A DNA stretch of 64,000 nt. It comes from Candidatus Bathyarchaeota archaeon (GTDB taxonomy: Archaea; Thermoproteota; Bathyarchaeia; Bathyarchaeales; Bathycorpusculaceae). Under the pieces are notes generated by a model, which saw nothing but the letters and a program-made list of their open reading frames with translations, was not told the DNA's origin and ran no database searches. The position numbers and the translations under genes were made by a program. The stretch spans positions 832,001 to 896,000 of the forward strand of contig OY970176.1 of the NCBI GenBank assembly GCA_963707955.1, written 5' to 3'. Positions 1 through 9,568 of this stretch are shown here, piece by piece. Within the stretch, counting starts at the first letter, position 1, and each line of letters opens with the position of its first letter.

Positions 1-174
1 TTCCGAGAGCTTGCAAATTCATACGCAAGCGGAAGCCTACACCCACAAGACCTCAAAAACTCAGTGGCTGAAGACCTGGCAGAAATTCTTGCACCAGTAA
101 GAAGGTACTTCGACTGCAATAGAGAAGCAACTGAGTGCCTGAACCTCGTGAGGAAAGCTGACGTTACAAGGTAG
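1..174 (+). CDS. tyrS: Tyrosyl-tRNA synthetase, C-terminal fragment (5' end outside window)
   Basis: Frame 1 reads ...SGSLHPQDLKNSVAEDLAEILAPVRRYF...*; LHPxDLK is the archaeal TyrRS C-terminal motif. Confidence 0.8.
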   Translation, partial: FRELANSYASGSLHPQDLKNSVAEDLAEILAPVRRYFDCNREATECLNLVRKADVTR

Positions 175-179
175 AAGCC

Positions 180-599
180 TTGTCCAAGCGCCTGAAAGAA
201 AGAGAAGAGAGAATTCAGCAAGTACTAGCGTGTCTGATAGAAGAATCGATAAAAGGAATTCTCATAATCGTAGAAGGAAGGAATGACGTTGAGACTCTGA
301 GACAACTGGGCGTGGAGGGAGAGATAATATCCGCAAAAACAGGCGGAAGGACACAACAGGATGTTATCTGTGAATTGGAGGAAAGTGGGGCTAAGGAAGT
401 GATTATGCTGCTGGACTTTGATAGGCGCGGCAGAGAATGGACAAGAGTGCTCAAGCAACGCTTGGAAAAGGCAAGGATAAAACCCAACCTCACATTTTGG
501 AATGATCTCATGCGGTTCGCAGGCAGAGAGGTCAAGGATGTTGAAGGGTTGGCCTCCTACACTCAAACGTTGAAGAAGAAAGCTGGCGAAATACCTTAA
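180..599 (+). CDS. Small TOPRIM-domain protein (UPF0292-like)
   Basis: IIVEGRND and LLDFDRRG toprim motifs. Confidence 0.85.
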   Translation: MSKRLKEREERIQQVLACLIEESIKGILIIVEGRNDVETLRQLGVEGEIISAKTGGRTQQDVICELEESGAKEVIMLLDFDRRGREWTRVLKQRLEKARIKPNLTFWNDLMRFAGREVKDVEGLASYTQTLKKKAGEIP

Positions 600-747
600 G
601 AATGAGAAAAGCTTAAAGACTATGATTTGTAATTCATAAGTGTAATAAATAGTGGATGTTAAGACAAGATCTCGTGGTTGAGAAGAAAAATCCTCAACCC
701 ACGTGATTAACCATAACCATTAACTCATCACTAGGAGGTGCACGATT

Positions 748-1893
748 ACGGGTTCGTCACAGACGTTTACTATAAAGTACGTTATAAACGCTAAATTCGA
801 AATAGAAGGCGTAGTTGAAAAGCCGGATGTCATCGGAGCGGTTTTCGGGCAGACGGAAGGACTTTTTGGGCCGGAGCTCGACCTTAGAGAACTTCAAAAG
901 TCAGGCAGAATCGGCAGAATAGAGATTGAACTTCACTCTAAACAGGATAAGACAACGGGCACTATAACCATTCCAACAAGCTTAGACAGAGTCTCCACGG
1001 CTCTGATCGCTTCAAGCATAGAGAGCATAAACAGAGTGGGGCCCTGCGCTTCAAAGGTTACCCTTGAAAAAATCGAGGACGTCAGAGAGGCGCGGAGAAA
1101 AATCATAATCGACAGAGCAAAAGAGATTCTTCACAAGTGGACGATTGAGTCTATGCCCTCGGTCGACGAAGTGTTCAAAGAAGTCGCGGAAACCTTGAAG
1201 CTCGGTAAGGTTGAGAAGTATGGGCCTGAAGAACTTCCCGCTGGACCTGGGCTTGAAAGCGCAAAGGAAATAGTCGTTGTTGAGGGCCGGGCAGACATCA
1301 TAAACCTGATGCGATGCGGACTGTTGAACACAGTGGCGTTGGAAGGGGCAAAGGTTCCTGAGGCAATAAAGACCCTCTGCAAGGAAAAAGAAGCCACAGC
1401 CCTCCTCGACGGGGACAGAGGCGGAGACTTAATTCTGAAGGAACTGCAGCAGGTAACAGACGTGAAATACATTGCTAGGGCGCCAAGGGGAAAAGAAGTT
1501 GAAGAATTGAACTGCAAAGAAATCTTTGACGCGTTGGAAGCCAAGGTTCCAATTCTGGAACAGTACAAGCCACCGAAGAAAGAAAAGCTGAAGACGGAGG
1601 TTCCCAAAGAAATAGTTGAAACGATAAAGACGCTTGAAGGCACTTTAGAGGCAGTTCTCTTAAACGACAAGCTCGAACAGATAGAACGATTGCCCGTAAA
1701 CCAGCTTGCCGAAAAACTTCAGCAGGCAGAAGGGGTGGACACGGTCGTCTTCGACGGCATCATAACGCAGAGGATCGTCGACGTTGCAAGCGAGAAGAAC
1801 ATAAAAAGAATCATTGCTTCACGTCTATCAGACGCTGTAAAACCATCGTTAACAGTTCAGCTGGTAACCTTCCCGGACGTTGCAGAAGGCTAA
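748..1893 (+). CDS. dnaG: DnaG-type primase / exosome-associated DnaG; probable non-AUG start at ACG 748 or ATT 745
   Basis: Conserved N-terminus KYVINAKFEIEGVVEKPDVIGAVFGQTEG is in frame upstream of the listed ORF; VVEGRAD and DGDRGG toprim motifs; SD GGAGGTG at 734-740. Confidence 0.92.
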   Translation, partial: TGSSQTFTIKYVINAKFEIEGVVEKPDVIGAVFGQTEGLFGPELDLRELQKSGRIGRIEIELHSKQDKTTGTITIPTSLDRVSTALIASSIESINRVGPCASKVTLEKIEDVREARRKIIIDRAKEILHKWTIESMPSVDEVFKEVAETLKLGKVEKYGPEELPAGPGLESAKEIVVVEGRADIINLMRCGLLNTVALEGAKVPEAIKTLCKEKEATALLDGDRGGDLILKELQQVTDVKYIARAPRGKEVEELNCKEIFDALEAKVPILEQYKPPKKEKLKTEVPKEIVETIKTLEGTLEAVLLNDKLEQIERLPVNQLAEKLQQAEGVDTVVFDGIITQRIVDVASEKNIKRIIASRLSDAVKPSLTVQLVTFPDVAEG

Positions 1894-4274
1894 CTTTCAA
1901 AGAAATCTGAGAGTTTTCTAGTCTCTTTTTCTCCCTTTTTCGACTGCAAAAGTTGCTCTTCTGATATGCCGAAGCTTTCAAGAATCCTGGTTGCAGCTGG
2001 CACAACCTGCTTCGACACGTAGTACTCCAAGTCCACTTCGTCATACGAAGCGAGCATGTACGGTTTGACCCTTTCATAGAGACGCCCCGTGCCAATAACG
2101 ACTACAAAGCCGATCTTGTCGCCAACGGCAAGTTCCCAGCCCTTTGCCCTAAGCATTTTGGCAGCCTCAACGTGAGAGGCCTTAACCTCATACTCTTCAG
2201 CAGGTTTGGTCAGCGTCTTCCAAATGATTAGATCTCGATAAGCAACACGCTTCTGCCTGAGCTCACAGATGAACTGCTGCACGAAATCGGCAGCCTTCTT
2301 GGGCGACTGTTCCTTCAAGATGATCTCTAAGACTTTTTCCTGCACCTTCTTTGCTATGGCCGCCCAATCTCCGCGTACAACTTCCATACCGACGATGTCA
2401 AGTCGCCCATCTGGTAAAAGACCAGCATACCGCTTCTTTGCTTCAGTAAAAAAAATGCGCACGTAGATCTCGTCCGGTTTGACTTCCAACCCCATTTTCT
2501 CCTTTATCTCTCTTGACAGTTTCTCCACCTTTTCTGGCTGATTCTCAACGAAAATGCTGTCAGTGTCACCGTAGACAACCTTCAACTTCTCTTCTCTGGC
2601 CATTTCGATCGCTGTCAGTATCGTGTGTCTTCCCCACGCAGCGGCTGCCTCAGCAACAGGCTTCACGTACCATCTGGCACCTATCCATCCAGCATACCCG
2701 TAGGAGGCGTTGGTTAAGATCTTCACGGCTTTCTGACGAGCGTCTAAGACACGATACTCCACACTTCCCGGCTTGAGCTTACTCATTTTCGGCCTGATTT
2801 CGTCTCGAACTTCAATCAGGTAAGACAGAACCTCTTTGTAGAAGCCGGGGGGCTCCCTTCGGAACCTATGATTGACTTCAGGAGCTTCGTACGCTCCGCC
2901 AGGAGGCAACGGATCCTTGGGCGACACGTAGGTGTCCGGTGAGAGGTTATAATTGATCATTAAGTTTGGGTACATCGATTTGAAGTCGAGGACAGCGATG
3001 TTTTCGTGCAGCCCTGGCTCTGGCTGAAGCACCAAACCGCCCGTGTAGGACCTGTAGGGCTGCTCAACCCTTCTAGGCACGAGCTCGCCGATCCTGTGAG
3101 TACGCTTTATGAGGAACCATTCCACACGAAAGCCCGCAGTTGCTGTTCCAACGTGGTCCAGCGGCAGACCTACGAGATTGGAAAGCTGCATGGCGAAGTC
3201 CAGAATTGCCTCTGCAATCCCCATAATACAACGGGTATTGTCTGCCGAAAACTTCGCCAAGATCACGCGTTTGTCTTCACTGTCCCAGAAGTCTGGGAAG
3301 TCTATGTCTTCGATGATCTTTCGGTTCTCAATTTTCATGATACCCAAGTAGTCGGCAAGATTGGCCAGAGTCTTGACCTTTACTTCTGGAAATTCCTCTG
3401 CATAGTCTGCAAGGTCCAGGTTTGCCCTTCCGGTCAGCGAAACGTGGCCGTACACGCTCGTGTGAGGTTCAGTCTGAGTCCTGTCAACATTCAAGTGTAA
3501 TCCGAGCTTCTTGCATCTCTCTTTGAGAAAAGGCCAGTCTTGCCCATTGTTGCCGTAGCCTACGATTATGTCTGGATCGAAGCTTCGAACGTACTCCGCA
3601 AAAGCCTCCAACACTGGCTTGTCGCTCTTGTCATCGCCGGCCAAGAACTGTTTATGTTCGCCCCTGTTGGTTGCGGCTGAAACAATTATCACGGGATTTC
3701 TGTCTGGTTTAGGCGAGCCTTCTCTGCTGTAGTAGATTGATGAAAAGCCTAGTATGCGCAGGGGCGGAGCTTCAACCTTTTCAAGAAGTTGCGGAAATGA
3801 TTTTGCTGAGTAAACCTTGCCAATTCGAGCCTTGCTTTTGTTAGGTTCGCCAACTACTTCTATTTCATGCCATCCGCATGGAACAACGTTGTTGTCTATC
3901 ATGTACCGCATAGTGTATCGAATGTCGTCTTCGAGACAGTCTTTGATGCCTTCGAGCTTTCGAAGAGCCTTCGCATAATCCAGCATAACATCAGGATTCT
4001 TGCAGTAAACCTTCACGGCCTTCACAGGTTTTCCAAAAAACTTTCGCTCAACAATTTCAAGCTTCGAAACGCATGGAAAACGACCTTGACCAATTTCGTT
4101 GACGACCTTCTCAGGGTCTGCTGCTTCTTCAATCACAGCGTAGAAGTACGAGACAAAGTTCCTGTCTATGACAAGCACTCTTTCTCCAGAAGAGGTCACA
4201 CCCCAGAGCCAGATTTCTGGAACGTCGTCCTTAACCTCGTAGTTCAAGTCTAAGAGCCAAAAAGTGACTTTCAT
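1890..4274 (-). CDS. polB: Family B DNA polymerase (PolB3-like) with degenerate 3'-5' exonuclease motifs
   Basis: DFKSMYP, KILTNASYGY, YGDTDS and KKRY motifs. Confidence 0.95.
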   Translation of the reverse strand: MKVTFWLLDLNYEVKDDVPEIWLWGVTSSGERVLVIDRNFVSYFYAVIEEAADPEKVVNEIGQGRFPCVSKLEIVERKFFGKPVKAVKVYCKNPDVMLDYAKALRKLEGIKDCLEDDIRYTMRYMIDNNVVPCGWHEIEVVGEPNKSKARIGKVYSAKSFPQLLEKVEAPPLRILGFSSIYYSREGSPKPDRNPVIIVSAATNRGEHKQFLAGDDKSDKPVLEAFAEYVRSFDPDIIVGYGNNGQDWPFLKERCKKLGLHLNVDRTQTEPHTSVYGHVSLTGRANLDLADYAEEFPEVKVKTLANLADYLGIMKIENRKIIEDIDFPDFWDSEDKRVILAKFSADNTRCIMGIAEAILDFAMQLSNLVGLPLDHVGTATAGFRVEWFLIKRTHRIGELVPRRVEQPYRSYTGGLVLQPEPGLHENIAVLDFKSMYPNLMINYNLSPDTYVSPKDPLPPGGAYEAPEVNHRFRREPPGFYKEVLSYLIEVRDEIRPKMSKLKPGSVEYRVLDARQKAVKILTNASYGYAGWIGARWYVKPVAEAAAAWGRHTILTAIEMAREEKLKVVYGDTDSIFVENQPEKVEKLSREIKEKMGLEVKPDEIYVRIFFTEAKKRYAGLLPDGRLDIVGMEVVRGDWAAIAKKVQEKVLEIILKEQSPKKAADFVQQFICELRQKRVAYRDLIIWKTLTKPAEEYEVKASHVEAAKMLRAKGWELAVGDKIGFVVVIGTGRLYERVKPYMLASYDEVDLEYYVSKQVVPAATRILESFGISEEQLLQSKKGEKETRKLSDFFES

Positions 4275-4389
4275 CGAAGATTCTCCAATCCTGGACTATC
4301 ATTAGTGGATGAAGACATGCTTTTAAATGCTTTAGATTCTGTGAAAATCCAAAAGATGAAGTATGTTTGAACGATTTCAAGAAGCTGGC

Positions 4390-6513
4390 TCACACATGCT
4401 TCTTGAGCAAGTCCACTACGTCGGGGTAGTCTATTCCCAAAGCTTTCACTTTCTCGACAGTGGGCACGCCGTTTGCGTTCCATCCTCGTCTTGCGTAAAC
4501 AGCGTCTTTCAGTCTTTCGTACTCCGTCTCTCTGTACTTCCTAAGGACAGCCATCTTCTCCTCGGTTGACTTACCCTGAGGGTTGTAACCGAGCTTTTCC
4601 TTAAGTTGCTCATCGTAGCGTTCTGCTCTGCTTTCGTACTCTTCCTTGGTTACTGGGCCCACAGCGCGGTAGGGTAACGTGTCATGCTGGCGGGTGCCGA
4701 AACCCATCTTCAGGCTGAGGATTCGTTGAAAGTTGTAGACCCTCTCGCTCATGAAGAGCAAATCGTCTCGAGTAGTCTTTATGCCCGTGACCGCTGAGAA
4801 AAACTTCGCATAGTTTTCGACGTGTGAAATGACCTTGGCGGGTTCTTTCGTTTCCTTGTTGTCCATTGGAACCACATCGTTCCACGGAAGTTTGCAGAGG
4901 CCGTTCAGGCCAAACCAAGTGCGGAACATGGGGAACCAGTGCAGGTTTTCAGCCTTCTGCTCAAAGGTGGGCATCAGGTTGTGCACCATGTCTAAGAATA
5001 TGAGCCAAGCTTCGTCATGCTGAGGACCTTTCAGGGTGAGCCCGTAGCCGCCCTGCTGGGCTAACGATTCCTTCGTCACATACTCGGAGAACTCTAACCC
5101 TTTTGATTCCATACCGATGTCTTGCAGAACCCTGGAGTCTACGCCGTATTTCTCTGCGAAAAGCCTCTTCATCCGTCTGATTCCCTGTCCAACTACGACG
5201 CCGAAGCCTACACCCTTCGCCATCTGATGAACCAACTCAAGAGCCGCTTCCTTGTTGCCGAACCTCAAGTCCAGACCCTCAGTCACTTTCTTGTCGATGA
5301 GTCCCATCTCGTAGCATTCCATTGCAAAGGCGGTGGCTGTGCCCACTGAAATTGTGTCCAAACCGTACGTGTCGCAGTAGAAGTTCATCTCAACAACATG
5401 GTCGGCATCGAATATTCCACAGTTGCTTCCTACACCGGCGATTGTTTCGTATTCTGGTCCGTTCACGAACACTTTCTGCCCTTTGTAGGGACCTGTTTTG
5501 AGCTCAAAGTCTTTGACGCCGTGGGCACATGACATTGCACAGCCCATCCAGCAACCGTCAAAGCCTTTGTGGAACTTCTTTCTGTAGACTTCTCGCCCCA
5601 ATTTCTCTGCTTCAGGGTTGCTGCCGAACCTGAAGTTGTTTATAGGAAGCAGGTCGAACTCGTTCATTATCAGCACGAGATGAGCCGTGCCCACGGAGGC
5701 CATTTCGTTTTGCGTGGGGTCAAGGTTTCTGATCTCCTGACTGTGAGCCGTGCCAACCTGCTTAACCATTTCCGGGTCAGCCGGACCGTTTGTGTCTACT
5801 GAAATTTTGCCAGAGTACTTGACAGCTATTGCCTTCACTCTCTTGTTCCTTAGGACGGTGCCTATTCCCCCTCTGCCAGCCTGTTTGAACCTGTGGATCT
5901 TGCGTACAGCGTCGTACCATGAGAGGTTAAGGCATCCAAATCGCGTGTGCTCAGCGCCTGGACCTGAAGAAACGATGGATATGCACCGGCCGTTGTCCCC
6001 GCCATATTTCTTGGCCAAATAGTCCGTAATCGCATAAGTCTCTGACGGTAGTTGTGAGGCATCTTCAATTTGGACTTTGCCTTCGTCACCGTCGATTAGA
6101 ACGATGACTTCAGACTTGGCTTTTCCTTGAATCTCAAGCGCGTCCCATCCCGCAAATTTCAAGTAGGGTCCAAAGTATCCGCCAACGTTCGAGTCGACAA
6201 CGGTGTCGGTCAACGGAGATATCGAAACCGCTATGCTCTTTCCACTGCCAGGATAGACAGGTGTTCCCCCTAACGGGCCGCATGCAATGCAGATTTCGTT
6301 TTCAGGGTCGTCCCATTTGACGATGCGGTCTCTGGGCAGGGCGTTCCAGAGAAGCCAGAGGTTGAAGCCGCGGCCGCCTATGAATTTTTCCTTCATCTCT
6401 TGGCTGACTGGTTTGCTTGCGACTTGCATGTTTGTGAGGTTTACGTACAAGGTTCTGTTGTTGTAGCCTCTTTCAACTTTGTTTAGCTCGTACCTGAACT
6501 CAGCGATGACCAA
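4390..6513 (-). CDS. Aldehyde:ferredoxin oxidoreductase family protein
   Basis: FIGGRG, GRGGIG, GCxxCxxxC, GPEYET, GLDTIS and YxxRGW motifs. Confidence 0.93.
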   Translation of the reverse strand: MVIAEFRYELNKVERGYNNRTLYVNLTNMQVASKPVSQEMKEKFIGGRGFNLWLLWNALPRDRIVKWDDPENEICIACGPLGGTPVYPGSGKSIAVSISPLTDTVVDSNVGGYFGPYLKFAGWDALEIQGKAKSEVIVLIDGDEGKVQIEDASQLPSETYAITDYLAKKYGGDNGRCISIVSSGPGAEHTRFGCLNLSWYDAVRKIHRFKQAGRGGIGTVLRNKRVKAIAVKYSGKISVDTNGPADPEMVKQVGTAHSQEIRNLDPTQNEMASVGTAHLVLIMNEFDLLPINNFRFGSNPEAEKLGREVYRKKFHKGFDGCWMGCAMSCAHGVKDFELKTGPYKGQKVFVNGPEYETIAGVGSNCGIFDADHVVEMNFYCDTYGLDTISVGTATAFAMECYEMGLIDKKVTEGLDLRFGNKEAALELVHQMAKGVGFGVVVGQGIRRMKRLFAEKYGVDSRVLQDIGMESKGLEFSEYVTKESLAQQGGYGLTLKGPQHDEAWLIFLDMVHNLMPTFEQKAENLHWFPMFRTWFGLNGLCKLPWNDVVPMDNKETKEPAKVISHVENYAKFFSAVTGIKTTRDDLLFMSERVYNFQRILSLKMGFGTRQHDTLPYRAVGPVTKEEYESRAERYDEQLKEKLGYNPQGKSTEEKMAVLRKYRETEYERLKDAVYARRGWNANGVPTVEKVKALGIDYPDVVDLLKKHV

Positions 6514-6722
6514 ACACGGCCACCTTTACACGATTTTGAAGCAAGAGCAACACGAGACGAACAAATAGCCTTTTCGACGTGAAATTATGAGTTAAGACCT
6601 CAATCCAAACCGATCGTCTGCCTCAAGGGACTAAAGCGTTCGACCTCGTATTGCTTGATTTACACCTTTAATAGACGAAGAGATTATTGGATGCTGAACA
6701 CGAAGCTTACAGGCTGAGAGTC

Positions 6723-7802
6723 TTGAGAATATTGGAAATAAACCGCAAGAAGCAGTATGTGAAGGTCATTCCAGAAACAGCGGATGATTTCTGGCACTTA
6801 TATAACGTTATTCGCAAGGATGACATGGTTTACGCTAGAACAACTCGAGAAATGAAGGCTGACGAGAAGTACGGGAGACCCAAGCGCGGAGAAAGAATCC
6901 CTGTTTTTCTGGGCGTCAGCGTTGAAAAGGTGGACTGGGACAGGTTCTTAGGCAGGCTTAGAGTTCACGGAATCATCCGCGATGCTCCTGAGGACGTTCC
7001 ATCAGGTGTGCACCACACGCTTAACGTCACGCTCAACACGCCGATGACGATCGTCAAAGAGGATTGGGCTGAGCATGAAATTGAGAGGTTACAGAGGGCG
7101 AGCAAAACGTCTGAGAAACCGATTATAATAATCTCGATAGACGACGAGGGCTATGCGATTGCTACAACGGCTCAGTACGGCGTTGAAGAGAGGGTTGAGC
7201 AGAGAATGAGGCTTCCTGGAAAGTTGGAGACTGAGAAAAGAGATGCGGCTACGAGTGTATACTTTAGGGGAGCACTCAACAGTCTGCGGGAGATCTGGAC
7301 GCAGACGCGTAGCCCTATAGCAGTCATCGGCGTCGGTTTCATAAAGAATGATTTTGCAAAGTTTATAGAGAACGAGGCTGCCGACTTGGCGAGGTCGGTG
7401 GTAGACGTGAAAAGTGTCAACAGCGACGGTGTTGCTGGAATATACGAGGCGTTGCGTGCAGGAATACTTTTGAAAGCGGTGAAGCATCTGCGGGTTTCTG
7501 AAGAAGCAAGCGTGGTGGAAGAAGTTTTGAAGAGGCTGGGAAAGGGCGAGTCAAACGTTACTTACGGTTTTGAAGAGGTTGAGAAGGCAGCGAAGCTTGG
7601 GGCTGTCGAAAAACTTGTTTTGGCAGATGCGGTGCTCCGTAGGGCTGACGAACAGAAGCGCTTGCTGGTCGAGGAGATCATGACGACCGTTGAACAGAAG
7701 GGTGGCGGTACCACCATGATCGTGAGCACTGAGCATGAAGCGGGGTTAAAACTGCTTGCTTTGAGCGGGATAGCCGCGCTTCTTCGCTACCCAGTTTTCT
7801 GA
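6723..7802 (+). CDS. pelA: Ribosome rescue factor Pelota
   Basis: DDFWHLYNVI, GRLRVHG, HHTLNV and GIAALLRY motifs; start could be 6687. Confidence 0.93.
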   Translation: MRILEINRKKQYVKVIPETADDFWHLYNVIRKDDMVYARTTREMKADEKYGRPKRGERIPVFLGVSVEKVDWDRFLGRLRVHGIIRDAPEDVPSGVHHTLNVTLNTPMTIVKEDWAEHEIERLQRASKTSEKPIIIISIDDEGYAIATTAQYGVEERVEQRMRLPGKLETEKRDAATSVYFRGALNSLREIWTQTRSPIAVIGVGFIKNDFAKFIENEAADLARSVVDVKSVNSDGVAGIYEALRAGILLKAVKHLRVSEEASVVEEVLKRLGKGESNVTYGFEEVEKAAKLGAVEKLVLADAVLRRADEQKRLLVEEIMTTVEQKGGGTTMIVSTEHEAGLKLLALSGIAALLRYPVF

Positions 7803-7917
7803 ACATCAAAAAACCAACCCTATATCCATTCTCGAATGCAAGAAGTCCGCGCTCGAATCAAAACTGTATTATATAAAGCCATGCTATATCAGTCGAATGA
7901 GTTTGAGATGAAAAAGA

Positions 7918-8487
7918 ATGCCGAAGACAAAACCCACAATACACATTCAAAACATCGTTGCGTCAGCAGCGCTTAACCAGAGGATAAACTTGGGAAAGAT
8001 AGTTCAGAAGTTCCCCTTTGCCGAGTACAGCCCCCGTGTGTTCCCAGGACTCGTTTTCCGGCTGAAGAAGCCGAAGACGGCTACTCTCATATTTGAAACG
8101 GGCAAGATGGTCTGCACAGGTGCGAAATCGGAGAAGGAAGCGATTCAAGCGGTGAACAAGGTTACTAAGGAGCTGCGAAGCCATGGGATACCGCTTCCAA
8201 ACAAGCCTGAGGTTAAAATCCAGAACATCGTTGCTTCTGCAGAGTTGAACGGAGAAATAGACTTGGAAAACGTTGTCTACAAGCTTCAAAAAGTGATGTA
8301 TGAGCCCGAGCAGTTTCCGGGAGCAGTTTACAGGATGGATGTCCCGAAGGTTGTGTTCCTCATATTCTCAGCTGGGAAGCTGGTGTGCGTGGGGGCAAAG
8401 CGGGAGGGGGACGTCTACGAAGCGGTCGGCAAGCTTCAGCAGATACTGGAGGAGAAGGAGCTCATTTTTTACCCGCCCGATGCGTGA
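7918..8487 (+). CDS. tbp: TATA-box binding protein, paralog 1
   Basis: Two IQNIVAS...FPG...LIF..GK.VC.GAK repeats. Confidence 0.95.
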   Translation: MPKTKPTIHIQNIVASAALNQRINLGKIVQKFPFAEYSPRVFPGLVFRLKKPKTATLIFETGKMVCTGAKSEKEAIQAVNKVTKELRSHGIPLPNKPEVKIQNIVASAELNGEIDLENVVYKLQKVMYEPEQFPGAVYRMDVPKVVFLIFSAGKLVCVGAKREGDVYEAVGKLQQILEEKELIFYPPDA

Positions 8488-8490
8488 AGC

Positions 8491-9201
8491 TTAAGAATGG
8501 CTTTTCAGTCGCCTGCGAACTGCAGGATTCTCTTTGACAAGCCTTCTCAGAACCATCTCGAAAGTCTCGCTTGGAGCAAGCTCCTGCTTTATGAAAACGC
8601 CTGTTCTGCCGATTTCGTCTCTTCTGAGAAGGGCATGAACGCGGTCCAGCACTGTTTCCACAGCTATGCCTAACGTTTTTGCAACGTGCTCCTCTCGGCC
8701 CACGACCGTGCTCTCTATGTGGCCTTTCTCCATCGGTTCGATGAGCATCAAGCGCTTGTCGACGCCGGGCGTTCGCAGACCTTTTCTGACGCTGCCAGAG
8801 TTGACTTCGCCGCCGAACCTGTAGAATTCTCTTTCAACCTTGCGGAGTCTCATCAGGGGAAACGTGACGCTGGTGCTCTCGTCGACCTCGATCGTGGCTT
8901 TCATGGCGTACGTAGGCGTGGCCTGAACGACCAAACGTCTGTTGACTGATATGCCTGCTTTTTCCAAGGTCGTTTCTACGGTAAAAGATGAAACTTGGGT
9001 TGGTATGAAGATGTCGATGTCGCTTTTCTCGGACACATCTCCTCTTGCGATGCTTCCGTGCACGAGGGTTTCCACATGGGCTTTTTCGATGGATTCCATC
9101 ATGCGGAGAGTTTTCTTCCTAAGCTGTTCAAGCAGAAGCCAACGGTCACCGGTGTAGACGACCATTCGAAGTTCTGGACGCCTTATGGGCTTCTTTGCCA
9201 T
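8491..9201 (-). CDS. Archaeal nucleotidyltransferase-domain protein (COG2413-like)
   Basis: HGSIARGDVSEKSDIDIF, GVDKRL and GRTGVF motifs. Confidence 0.85.
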   Translation of the reverse strand: MAKKPIRRPELRMVVYTGDRWLLLEQLRKKTLRMMESIEKAHVETLVHGSIARGDVSEKSDIDIFIPTQVSSFTVETTLEKAGISVNRRLVVQATPTYAMKATIEVDESTSVTFPLMRLRKVEREFYRFGGEVNSGSVRKGLRTPGVDKRLMLIEPMEKGHIESTVVGREEHVAKTLGIAVETVLDRVHALLRRDEIGRTGVFIKQELAPSETFEMVLRRLVKENPAVRRRLKSHS

Positions 9202-9568
9202 TCTTCGGCCTCTGAGATCCTGCGCCTGTTTTTGTGATGAGCCGTGGAGAGGTTAGTTGCCTGCTTTGGAGGCGTGTTTGTGGGTGGTCTACGAGTTTGC
9301 TTAGCGGGGTTTGGTTTTGCGGGTGGCAAGTGCGAGGCTTGTTAGAACGAGGAGCATGATCGTCTTCATGACTGAAACTTTTTTCAACTTTAAGCGAGTC
9401 GTGTTTTCACCAGAGCCGTACTTAGCCCCTGTGACGATATTAAAAGCTTGTGACACCGGGCATGCGAGAATGCGCGTTTGGTCGAGCGCGCCAAGCAGGG
9501 CTGTGACGGCGTTCAACAGGCTAGCATATACGTGGGTCCTGCCTCTATGTTCAGCGAGGAAGTTGACC

